A stretch of DNA of 57,239 bases from Candidatus Zixiibacteriota bacterium. Its GTDB lineage: Bacteria > Zixibacteria > MSB-5A5 > GN15 > JAAZOE01. The first letter of the stretch is position 1. Every line of letters begins with the position of its first letter. A program made the position numbers and the translations under genes. Shown here piece by piece: positions 38,390 through 48,600 of this stretch. The notes beneath the pieces were generated by a model that saw only the letters and a program-made list of their open reading frames with translations, ran no database searches and was not told where the DNA came from. Where the stretch lies: assembly GCA_043819555.1 (NCBI GenBank), contig JBDREQ010000053.1, positions 1-57,239 on the forward strand, in the 5' to 3' direction.

Positions 38390-39005
38390 TCATATTTGTA
38401 AATCTCCCGTATTTTGTTGTATGGTATCGAATTGGGGGGAATTGGGTTCGTTTTGTTGCTTATTGTTTTCGCCTTTATCTATGCCCTGCAATTGCCTGAG
38501 AATTCTGAAAGAATATTTAAGCTGGCGGTCGATACGCATTTCGTAGCGGAGGATTTTGAATGCGACCTGATTTTCCGGAAGAATGAGTTTACCAATATAA
38601 TTATTGCGGTCGCATTCGTGATTTTGGAGTAGATTCCACATCGATAATTCTATTGTAGCGTTCCCTTTGCTTTATTTTGTGGTCAAGACCTTCGAGCTGG
38701 TCGTTGATTTCGGCGGTTTCGGCCCGAACCGAACGTCGGAACCGCCAGATGCTGACGGCGATGCGTAGAACCATAAAATCCTGAAGAGCGGTTTTGGGTT
38801 GGAGTTCGCCTGTAAGTGAGCCAAGGAGTTGTTCGAATTCTTCCTTGTTTTCTTTGTAGTGGGGTGTGTTGATAATTATGTCTTTGGCATAGAGGCCGTG
38901 TTTGAGTGAATTGCTGGACGCTGTTCTTTTGCCTTGTTCGGTTTTTGGCCCGGTTGATTTTTGAGCATTTTGTTTATTGGCTTTGGTTTGTTTTCCGGTA
39001 GCCAT
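38390..39005 (-). pseudogene. Conserved hypothetical protein (NAxKSTGPKT..GK..SSxNxxKHGL family) broken by a frameshift near 38623
   Basis: GGAGG SD and ATG 39005. The 5' frame stops at 38601; the family-typical tail ILRYEMRIDRQL..LRQLQ..QNEPN lies in the +1 frame. Confidence 0.7.
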
Positions 39006-39508
39006 GATACCTCCATTGATTGAGTTTTTAATTTCCTTCAATCAAGTGGATGATTTCGGAATTAATGGTGGGATTGAGGGATAATTGTGTAGGCGGGAAC
39101 CCACCGCAACAAGTTGCAGTGGGCCACCAGTCAATTATTGAGTTTTTAATCTCATTCAATCAAGCGGAGGATTTCGGAATTAATGGTGGGATTGGGGGAT
39201 AATTGTGCAGGCGGGAACCCACTGCAACAAGTTGCAGTGGGCCACCAGTCATGATACCTCCATTGATTGAGTTTTTAATTTCCTTCAATCAAGTGGATGA
39301 TTTCGGAATTAATGGTGGGATTGAGGGATTATTGTGTAGGCGGGAACCCACCGCAACAAGTTGCAGTGGGCCACCAGTTCATAATACCTCCAATGATTGA
39401 ATTTTTAATTTCCTTCAATCAAGCGGAGGATTCCGGGATTAATGGTGGGATTGAGGGATAATTGTGTAGGCGGAAACCCACCGCAACAAGTTGCAGTGGG
39501 CCACCAGT
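39003..39508. repeat. Four tandem 118-129 bp direct repeats, each with a REP-like hairpin
   Basis: Units 39003-39131, 39132-39249, 39250-39378, 39380-39508; each ends CCCAC(C/T)GCAACAAGTTGCAGTGGGCCACCAGT. Confidence 0.95.
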
Positions 39509-39836
39509 CCGTTCACACTCCTCATGGCCCACGGCATATTCTGTCTCCTTATTTTTGAATACAAAATACACCAAAAGTGTAAACCATGTCATGATACACA
39601 TTGTAAAGTATCTCATGATACTATACAGTCCTCGTCTGCCCCATTATTAAGCTGAGGAAACAAATCCATTTTACATGTATGGTTGCAATGCGAAAAAACC
39701 GTTCGTAAGTGCTTTATTCTAATTAAAAACTGCCGATACAATTCAAAAGGAAACGAATGTGCGAAAAATGCACACGAAATCGACGAATACGTAAAGCAAT
39801 AGCTCTATTAACCTACTTTTTCTTCAAGGAGGAACG

Positions 39837-40421
39837 ATGAAGAAATTAGTTTTGACTTTTGCATTAATTATGCTCTGCGCCGGTTTGGCTTCCGCGCAGA
39901 TCAGCAAGCCGTTCAACGTGTATGTTGGCGCTGGAGTGGGAATGGTCCAGGGTGATGCCGGGACTCTTTATAAAAATGGTTATCACGGCATGGCCGCTAT
40001 AGGCTTTAACGCCGCTCCAATGATTCAGTTTTTGGGCAAGGTTGAGTATCATACTTTTGGTTCCGACCTGACGCCCGTCCTCGGAATAGGTCTTGATGGA
40101 TCACAAAGAAATCTAATGTTCGGCGGCGCAGCCAAATTGCAGCCATCGCTTCCCGCCTTTCCGTTGAAAGTTTATGGATTGGCTGGAATCGGTATGGCTT
40201 CGATTCAAGCCCCTGATATTGTTTCGATTAATCTGATTACCAGCGAGCAGGTAACGATCACTCCTCCGAGCGAAAGCAAAATGTATTTTGAGCTCGGCGC
40301 CGGAGCGGAAATGCCGGCCGGTCCAAGCCTGTCGTTGTTTGCCATGGTCCGCTATGTCAGCATCAGCGAAGACGGACAATCATTTAACTACATACCGGTT
40401 ACAGTTGGCTTGAAATTTTAA
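39837..40421 (+). CDS. Outer-membrane beta-barrel protein (OmpA/OmpW-like 8-strand)
   Basis: Signal peptide ASA|Q, alternating beta-strands, C-terminal YIPVTVGLKF. Confidence 0.82.
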   Translation: MKKLVLTFALIMLCAGLASAQISKPFNVYVGAGVGMVQGDAGTLYKNGYHGMAAIGFNAAPMIQFLGKVEYHTFGSDLTPVLGIGLDGSQRNLMFGGAAKLQPSLPAFPLKVYGLAGIGMASIQAPDIVSINLITSEQVTITPPSESKMYFELGAGAEMPAGPSLSLFAMVRYVSISEDGQSFNYIPVTVGLKF

Positions 40422-40443
40422 ATGATTCCTAAAATAGTTATTC

Positions 40444-40476
40444 AAAACCCTCTGCCTTTTGACGGAGGGTTTTTTT
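40444..40476 (+). terminator. Intrinsic terminator
   Basis: AAAACCCTCTG-CCTTTTGA-CGGAGGGTTTTTTT. Confidence 0.75.
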
Positions 40477-40578
40477 GTTGCCCAAATTTATAAATACTGA
40501 TAAGCTATTCACATCGTAATACTTTGGTATCAATTCACTCATATATATTTTGGGTGGCGGTTTTAATAAGGAGGTAAA

Positions 40579-41106
40579 ATGAGAAAAGTAATTATTGTTT
40601 TCAGTCTGATATTTCTTTTTGCCGGTCTTGCCATGGGGCAGAGCGGAAAACCTTTTAGTATATATGCCGGAGGAGGTGTTTCAATACCTAAGGGTTTCGC
40701 CAGCGAGCTCTACAAGAACGGTTTTAATGGTATGGGAGCGATTTCTTATAAGGCTATGCCAGCCATGAAGTGGTTCGCCAAGGTCGAACTGAACTCATTC
40801 AAATCCGACAGCGCAATATATTTTGACGGTACAATAAATAATCTTCTATTAGGTATCGGTGGGATATTATCTCCTAAAATTTTAGATGCGCCGCTTAAAC
40901 CATTTGGCATTGCCGGGGTTGGCATCGCGTCGCTTAGCTCATCCGAAGGTGGAGAATCGGTATCCAAATTATATTTTGAATTCGGCGCCGGGGCAGAATT
41001 GGGTTCCGGATCGGCCTCGTTCTTTATAATGGCAAGGTATGTCACCATAGCAACTGAAGAGAAATCATTTAATTTCATTCCAATAACAGCGGGTATAAAG
41101 TTTTAA
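40579..41106 (+). CDS. Outer-membrane beta-barrel protein, paralog of the upstream gene
   Basis: Shares KPF..Y.G.GV, LYKNG..GM.AI, SK.YFE.GAGAE and C-terminal FIPITAGIKF. Confidence 0.82.
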   Translation: MRKVIIVFSLIFLFAGLAMGQSGKPFSIYAGGGVSIPKGFASELYKNGFNGMGAISYKAMPAMKWFAKVELNSFKSDSAIYFDGTINNLLLGIGGILSPKILDAPLKPFGIAGVGIASLSSSEGGESVSKLYFEFGAGAELGSGSASFFIMARYVTIATEEKSFNFIPITAGIKF

Positions 41107-41155
41107 TTCAGTGACTTTACAATCGAAAAAAAATCCCACGTTAATCAATGGATAA

Positions 41156-41803
41156 TTGAATATTATTGTTGACCCAAATACTATGATGACATTAATTGGC
41201 TCTATGAGATCCAGGCTATTTTTCTTTTTTTGTGCGCTTATCATTTGCCTGAACGTTGTGATTGATTGCGAGCAATCGGCAAAATCTGAAACAATGCAAT
41301 TGTTGCCATTCTCCCAAATCGATTCATTAATCGGCGACGAATACGCAATTTCACAGACTGATAAAATCATAAGGCCGCCAATTGGGTTTTCACAGCCGAA
41401 TGATTCTATACTAAACGAAATCCGGCAAGGCATGACTGATGAACAGGGATATGGCGATGGTAAAACATTGATAAACTGCTTTCTGGATACAATCAATCAA
41501 GCGGGATTTTTAATTAGTAAAATTGATGGTTTGAGTTTGAGGGGGGATACGGCTGCGTTTTTTGGCAAATATCGCGCAACTATTCATGGATTATATGGAG
41601 CTGAGAATATAACCGAAGCGTCGGGATGGATTGGATCGATATTCATAGCTAACTTCGTGATTAGTGATGGGACTACCGCCCGGTTTTATGCAATATGTCT
41701 TGATTCTTCCGAAGTCGCCTTGGAATTGAGCTATTTTTTGCCGGAGACTCAATTGGCGAGCATAATTGAATCAATTCATTCTTCGGTGGCATCAATTAAA
41801 TAG
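41156..41803 (+). CDS. Hypothetical exported protein (start may be ATG 41204)
   Basis: 215-aa ORF with hydrophobic N-terminal segment; no family recognised. Confidence 0.55.
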   Translation: MNIIVDPNTMMTLIGSMRSRLFFFFCALIICLNVVIDCEQSAKSETMQLLPFSQIDSLIGDEYAISQTDKIIRPPIGFSQPNDSILNEIRQGMTDEQGYGDGKTLINCFLDTINQAGFLISKIDGLSLRGDTAAFFGKYRATIHGLYGAENITEASGWIGSIFIANFVISDGTTARFYAICLDSSEVALELSYFLPETQLASIIESIHSSVASIK

Positions 41804-41868
41804 CTGGTCATAGTACCTGTAAGGTCCTGCAAATCAAGCAATTACAAACATGGAAGATTGTGAATAAC

Positions 41869-42129
41869 TTATCGCAGTTGATCTGCCGCTATGGCTTCAT
41901 CGATCAACATAACCGGGATGCCTTCATCGATACGATAGATTGTTTTTCCATCGACCGTAATTATTGCCTCAGTTATCGTATCTTTGATCACTTGGCCGTC
42001 GCGGTTTTTGATCGCCTTTTGCCCAATTAACTCATTAAGTTTTTTGAGTTTTGCCTCATCAAGTATTTTGACCGGCTGTTTGGTTTCGGGGCAACATAAT
42101 ATTTCGAGTAAATGATCACTTATTGTCAC
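41869..42129 (-). CDS. Trm112-like small protein
   Basis: ISDHLLEILCCPETKQP...YRIDEGIPVMLIDEA; GTG start at 42129 after AAGGA. Confidence 0.85.
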   Translation of the reverse strand: MTISDHLLEILCCPETKQPVKILDEAKLKKLNELIGQKAIKNRDGQVIKDTITEAIITVDGKTIYRIDEGIPVMLIDEAIAADQLR

Positions 42130-42658
42130 TTTAAAATCCTTTTTTTTGATCCAGGATATAAATCTAAGGAAATCAGGCGCAATGTCAAATATTTTCTGAA
42201 AACAATTCAATTCCATATCAGTAAAATCTGGGGAGAATTCCAATTGTGGATTGTGATTGCATTAAATAATACAGCCGCAATAGATGGGGAGGATAAAGGG
42301 GTCCATTTTTCAAAATTCATGGCATAAAATATGTAGAGTAAATGTTTAATAGTATTGCGTATCCGTCAGATTAATAATCATTTAGAATGTTGTGCACGGG
42401 TGTGCATATTATGTGCAGTTATAGTAAGTGGATTAGTTCGGCCCATGATTAAAAAAATTTTCCAAAAAAGCGGTATTTTTTTCTTGCAAAAATACTCTAT
42501 CCTGTTATATTTCAACATAATTGGTATAGTGGAAGAATATACCAATTTGAAATTCTCCATTTACTTTCTGGAGCGCAAACTATAAGATTTTCAGAAGGAA
42601 TATTACATTAGAAAATTTCTTTTGTGCAATAAGATCCTCAACGGTTAGGGGCGTAACG

Positions 42659-45600
42659 ATGTTAGGATTCCATTCGATTGGGCGCAAATTTAGTCCCCCC
42701 ATATGCAAGTGCAGGACTAAAGGTTTTTTAATTTTAATCTGTACATGTTTATTGTTTTTTTCTGGAAGTGTATTCGCTGGGGAAATCTTTACTCACGCGC
42801 CGGAATACCCCCCCAGTGAAGATGCCGTAATTGAAGGTACCTATTGGGCCAATGAAAAAGTAACCCTTCAAGTTACTCACCTTGATGGTACTCTGCTGAC
42901 CGGTCCCGGAGGCGATCCATGGGAAGCTGACGCTACCTATGATGAATCAAATGCCGCTCCGGTAAAAGAATCCGGCGGGTTTTTAACCTACTGGAATGTT
43001 GACTGGGCCTATGCCGGTGATACATTGATGATTACGGCAGAAGGAAATGAATCGGGAACTACTGCCACGGCATCTTTTGTGAGTCCCAAAACTAGTTTAA
43101 ATCAGCTCCATAATGGGACATTCACATCTAATGCCGCATGGGCTAACGGGAATATTAACAGTAATAACTCCTGTTATTCGGAAGGCCGTTCTGTAGCCTA
43201 TCGGTATTTTATAAAAGAGTTGGATGCTGGAACCGAGCATTTCTTTACAATTCAGATGGAATGGACTAAGGGTGGAATTCATGCTCTCGATTATTTAACT
43301 GATTATGACGCCACCGAAACAGATGCCTTATTTGATGTCGGAGGAGCATGCGGGACAATGTCAACCAGTCCGCCTCCCGGATGCAACGATCCAACGGAAT
43401 CTTTTACCTTTCCGGATTTTCTTAATACTGCCAATTACTCCGGTACGATCCCACCGGACTTCTTTACAACTGTTAATCCCGGTTTTGTTCTTGACGGACC
43501 GAGAAATCTAAAAGCCTATAATGTAATAATAGATTCGATTGGCGATTACGCTTTTGGGGGCACTTCCAGTGACCGCAAATTGGAAATGGTAGTTTATTTC
43601 ACCGTCCGGACGACGAGCAGCGTTGGGTTTTTCTGGGGAGGCCATTTGGCTGAAAGTAGCGCGGATGCCTGGGGTGCCGGATATGGCTCCTCGGCCGTCG
43701 GCGGCGCTCCTTATCATATGCGCGCAAAATCTCTTGACGGAGGCGGGGGATGTAATCAAGATCGAAGTATCCAAAATGGTGTTATTTGTATGCCGCCTAA
43801 TACGGGTATCACGATGGATTTTTCAACTGTTTGTGATGTCGGTAATAATATGTATATTGCGACAGATACCGCTTCAACCGCCAATATGTGGACCTGGACC
43901 ATTACTAATGGTACAATCGTTGGTCCCGATGATCAGAGTTCTGTCAGTTTCACGGTTAATCCGGGTTTGGGGGCGGGAGACTTTGTCACTATTATGGTTG
44001 AATCATGCGACGGCACCTCCGGATGTCCCGGAGAATCCTGCTGCGCGACCGATTCGAAATCCATTCCTGTCGCAGTATGCAATCAGCCACCGGTAGCATC
44101 ATGTCCGGATAATGAATCGCATTCATTTCTTTGCACTCCCTCAGAAATATGCGTGGGACCATTTAGCGCCTCGGATCCTGACAATAATATTGTGAGTGAA
44201 ACGGTCGATTTTGGAGTTTTAAACGGCGGGAATGTATGTTTCACGCCTAATGCGGCCGGCGTTTATATAATTACTTATACGGTCACGGATGCATATGGCG
44301 CAACGGATGAATGTCAAACGGAAGTGACAGTTTCTTACGTCAATCAACCCCCGGTCTGTAATATTCCTGGCGATGCCAGTTATCTTGTATGTGGCGACAC
44401 AACCTTTAATATTCCGGTTTCCGCGACGGATCCTGATGGTAATCTAACCGGATGCACCAAAACATCCGGCCCGGGAACATATGATGGCAGCACCTGGATC
44501 TTTACTACGACGGCTCCGGGCGTTTATACCGCTACATTCGAATGTAGTGATGATTGCGGTGAAATTTGTGGTGGCACTGTTAATATAACGGTTGGATATA
44601 ACAGCGCCCCGGTTTGTAATATTCCGTCAAGCGGTACTTATTTCGTTTGCAGTGATACGACCTTTAGTTTCCCGGTTTCTGCTAACGATGTTGACGGAAA
44701 TCTTGTCAGCTGTATTCAAAAATCCGGAAATGGAACTTTCGACGGAACTAACTGGACTTTCACGACAACAGGCCCCGGAGCTTATTCGGCGACATTTGAA
44801 TGTACCGATGAATGCGGCGAAGTTTGTACCGGCTCAGTCAATATCAATGTCAATTACAATCATAATCCAGTTTGCAATATGCCGCCCCATAATAGTTATT
44901 TCGTTTGCGGCGATACTACTTTCAATATTCCCATATCAGCTACTGATGTAGATGGAAATCTGGTCGGTTGCACGAAGTTATCCGGCCCGGGAACTTTCAA
45001 TGGCAGCACATGGACATTTACATCATCGGGCGACGGCACATATATCGCAACCTTTGAATGTACCGATGAATGCGGCTCTTCCTGCACGGGCGAGGCCAAA
45101 GTGACGGTAACGAATAATAAAGCTCCAACGCCGCAGTGTCCGGATAATCAGACCATATTTGTTTGCGACTTATCACCGATTACGATCAATGGATTTATAT
45201 GTGAAGATCCCAATGGTAATTTGGCGACTTGTGAAGTTGATGTTGGTGAGTTAGTTGGAGATGCGGTGACATTTACACCCATTGAAGGCCCAAATGTTAT
45301 TACAATAACAGCTACTGATGATTGCGGCGCGGTAGGAACCTGTTATACAACAGTGACGGTTGTTCTCAATGGCCCGCCGGTGGCGTCTTGTCCCGGTAAT
45401 GAATCGCATTCATTCCTGTGCGAGCCATCAGAGATTTGCGTTTCCGGATTTTCATCCTCTGACCCAGATAACAATATAGTAGAGGAATTGGTTAGTCTTG
45501 GAACGCTCACCGATGGAACGGTATGCTTTACTCCTGATGCTCCGGGAGTTTATACGATAATTTATACTGTTACTGATGCCTGCGGGGAAACTGATGAATG

Positions 45601-48600
45601 TCAGACCCAGGTAACGGTAACGTTTGATAATAATCCGCCGGTCTGCAATATTCCAGGGGACGCTTCGTATTTCGTCTGCGGAGATACGACTTTTAATTTC
45701 TCGGTATCCGCGACCGATCCCGATGGCAACTTAACTGGCTGTACCAAGATTTCCGGCCCGGGAAGTTATGACGGCAGTACCTGGACGTTTACGACGACTG
45801 CTCCGGGCGTATATACGGCGACTTTCGAATGCAGCGATGATTGCGGTTTAACTTGCGGCGGAACGGTTAATATAACAGTTGGATATAACAGCGCTCCGGT
45901 GTGTAATATCCCCGATGACGCATCATACTTCGTTTGTGGAGATACAACTTTTAATATCCCGGTGTCGGCGACTGACGTTGACGGCAATCTGGTTGGCTGT
46001 ACCAAGACTTCCGGTCCGGGCAGTTTTGATGGCAGTACCTGGACGTTTACCACGACTGCTCCGGGTGTATATACGGCAACGTTTGAATGTTCAGATGAAT
46101 GCGGAGAGGTTTGCGGAGGGACGGTCAATATCACGGTTGGATACAACAGCGCTCCCGTATGCGAATTGCCGACTCCCGAAAAATGTGATTATTATATTTG
46201 TCAGGATACGACTTTTAATATAGAAATATCAGCTACTGATGTTGATGATAACTTAGTTGGTTGTACAAAGACTTCCGGCCCCGGTAGTTTTGATGGCAGT
46301 ATCTGGACCTTCGATGTTACAGCGTCCGGCACATTTACGGCGACTTTTGAATGTGTTGATGAATGCGGTGAAATCTGCGGCGGTACGGTTGTTATAACAG
46401 TCGCTAAGAATCAGCCGCCAGTTGCTTCGTGTCCCGGTAATGAATCGCATTCATTCCTGTGCGAGCCATCAGAGATTTGCGTTTCCGGATTTTCATCCGC
46501 TGACCCAGATAACAATATAGTAGAGGAATCGGTTAGTCTTGGAACTCTCACCGATGGAACGGTTTGCTTCACCCCAGATGCTCCGGGAGTTTATACGATA
46601 ATTTATACAGTTACCGATGCCTGCGGTAAGACCGATGAATGTCAGACGCAAGTGACGGTCTCATTTGATAATAATTCACCGGTATGTGATTTGCCTTCGA
46701 ACGGAACTTATTTTGTCTGCGCAGATACGACTTTTAATTTCTCGGTATCAGCGACCGATCCTGACGATAATCTGGTTGGGTGTGAAATGACATCAGGCTC
46801 CGGAATTCTGAATGGCGGTATCTGGACATTTACGACAACCGGTCCGGGTGTTTATTCGGCAACATTTGAATGCAGCGATGATTGCGGATTGACTTGCGGT
46901 GGAACTGTCGAAATTACTGTTAATTACAATCAGGCCCCGGTTGTATCATGTCCCGGCAATGAAACATTCCAATTCGCATGCGAACCTGGCGAAATCTGTG
47001 TAGGACCGTTTAGCGCGACAGATGCCGATAATAACACCGTGGACGAGGTCGTTGATCTGGGTACTTTGACAGACGGAACGGTTTGCTTTACGCCGACATC
47101 GGCAGGGGTTTATACCATAACTTACACTGTCACTGATGCCTGTGGCACAACATCTGAGTGTCAAACAGAAGTAACTGTTGAGCTTGGCAATCAACCGCCG
47201 GTTTGCGATCTCCCAGCCAATACAACATACTTTATCTGTGGCGATTCAACTTTCAATTTTGAAATATCGGCCACCGATCCTGATGATAATCTAGCTGGGT
47301 GTGAAATGACTTCCGGAGATGGCAGTTTTGACGGTACAACCTGGACTTTCACGGCGACCACGGCGGGACAGTATTCAGCGACATTTGAATGCACCGATGA
47401 ATGCGGTTTGACATGCGGCGGAATGGTAACTATGACAATTCAGATGAATAATCCGCCGCCCTGTGATCTACCGCAAAGCGCCTCTTATTTTGTATGCGAT
47501 GATACGACATTCAGTTTCCCTGTTTCCGCGACCGATCCTGACGGAAACCTGGTCGGATGCGAGAAGACCTCTGGTGTCGGAACTCTGATTGATGGCATTT
47601 GGTCATTCACGACAACTGGTCCGGGAACTTATTCTGCTTCGTTTGAATGTAGCGATGCATGCGGCGAGACTTGCGGCGGCTCTGTAGATATAACCGTTAC
47701 ATATAATAATGATCCTGTGGCGACGGTTCCTAATCCGATGACTATGAACGTGTGTACATTGTCGGAGTTAGTCATTGGAGGATTCTCATGTTCAGATCCT
47801 GATGGTAATCTGGCACGGTGTGAAACAGATGTTGGTACATATAGTAATGGCGAGGTAAGATTCACTCCTGTCGCAGGCGCAAATGTTATAACACTGTTTG
47901 CGGTCGATGAATGCGGTATGGTTGATTCTGCCAAAACCACGGTGACTATTAATCTGAATCATACGCCTACATGCGATATAATTAATCATGAATATTTCCA
48001 ATGTGTACCAAGTCAGGTTTGCGAACCTAAAGTAGCAACCGATCCTGATGGTGATATAACGATTGGTGAAATTATCTTAGGTCCGGGCGTTTTTGAGAAT
48101 GGCCAATGGTGCTATACGCCGGAAGGTAGTGAAACTGTTGAAGTAACTATTCGATTCACAGATATGTGCGGCGCTTATTGCGATGGCACTTTCACGGCAG
48201 AATTTAATATAAATGATGGTCCCGTTGCTTCCTGTCCCGGCAATCAAACCAAGTACCTATTCAGTTTGGGTGAGATTTGTGTCGATGGTCTTGAATGCAG
48301 TGATCCCGATGATAATCTAACCAGTTGCCAGATTTTGGTTAATGGTGCCAGTGAAACTTTGGTTGATGGTACTGTATGTTTCGACCCGGTCTGGGGCGAT
48401 AATATTATCGAATTAACAGCCACCGATGCCTGTGGACAATCAGCGACTTGTCAAACAGTGATTACCGTCGAAGAATTATATGAGTGTCCAATTGTCAAAA
48501 TTGAAAAAACGCATAATACTCTGCAAGGTCATTACACCAATGTTGAAGTCACTATAGAAAATGGCAATTTTGATTTGGCCGGTTTTGATCTGTTATTGTC

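Noticed and set aside
39003..39508. CRISPR array
   Set aside because: Whole units are near-identical with no unique spacers, the period is 118-129 bp, and no cas genes are present.
39203..39650. ORFs MCRREPTATSCSGPP.. within the repeat array as a peptide-repeat gene family
   Set aside because: They are translations of the palindromic DNA repeat with non-ATG starts, and frame is not conserved between units.
44081..48480. Diversity-generating retroelement template/variable repeat pair
   Set aside because: The repeats are in-frame protein modules, differences do not look adenine-specific by eye, and there is no reverse transcriptase in the window.
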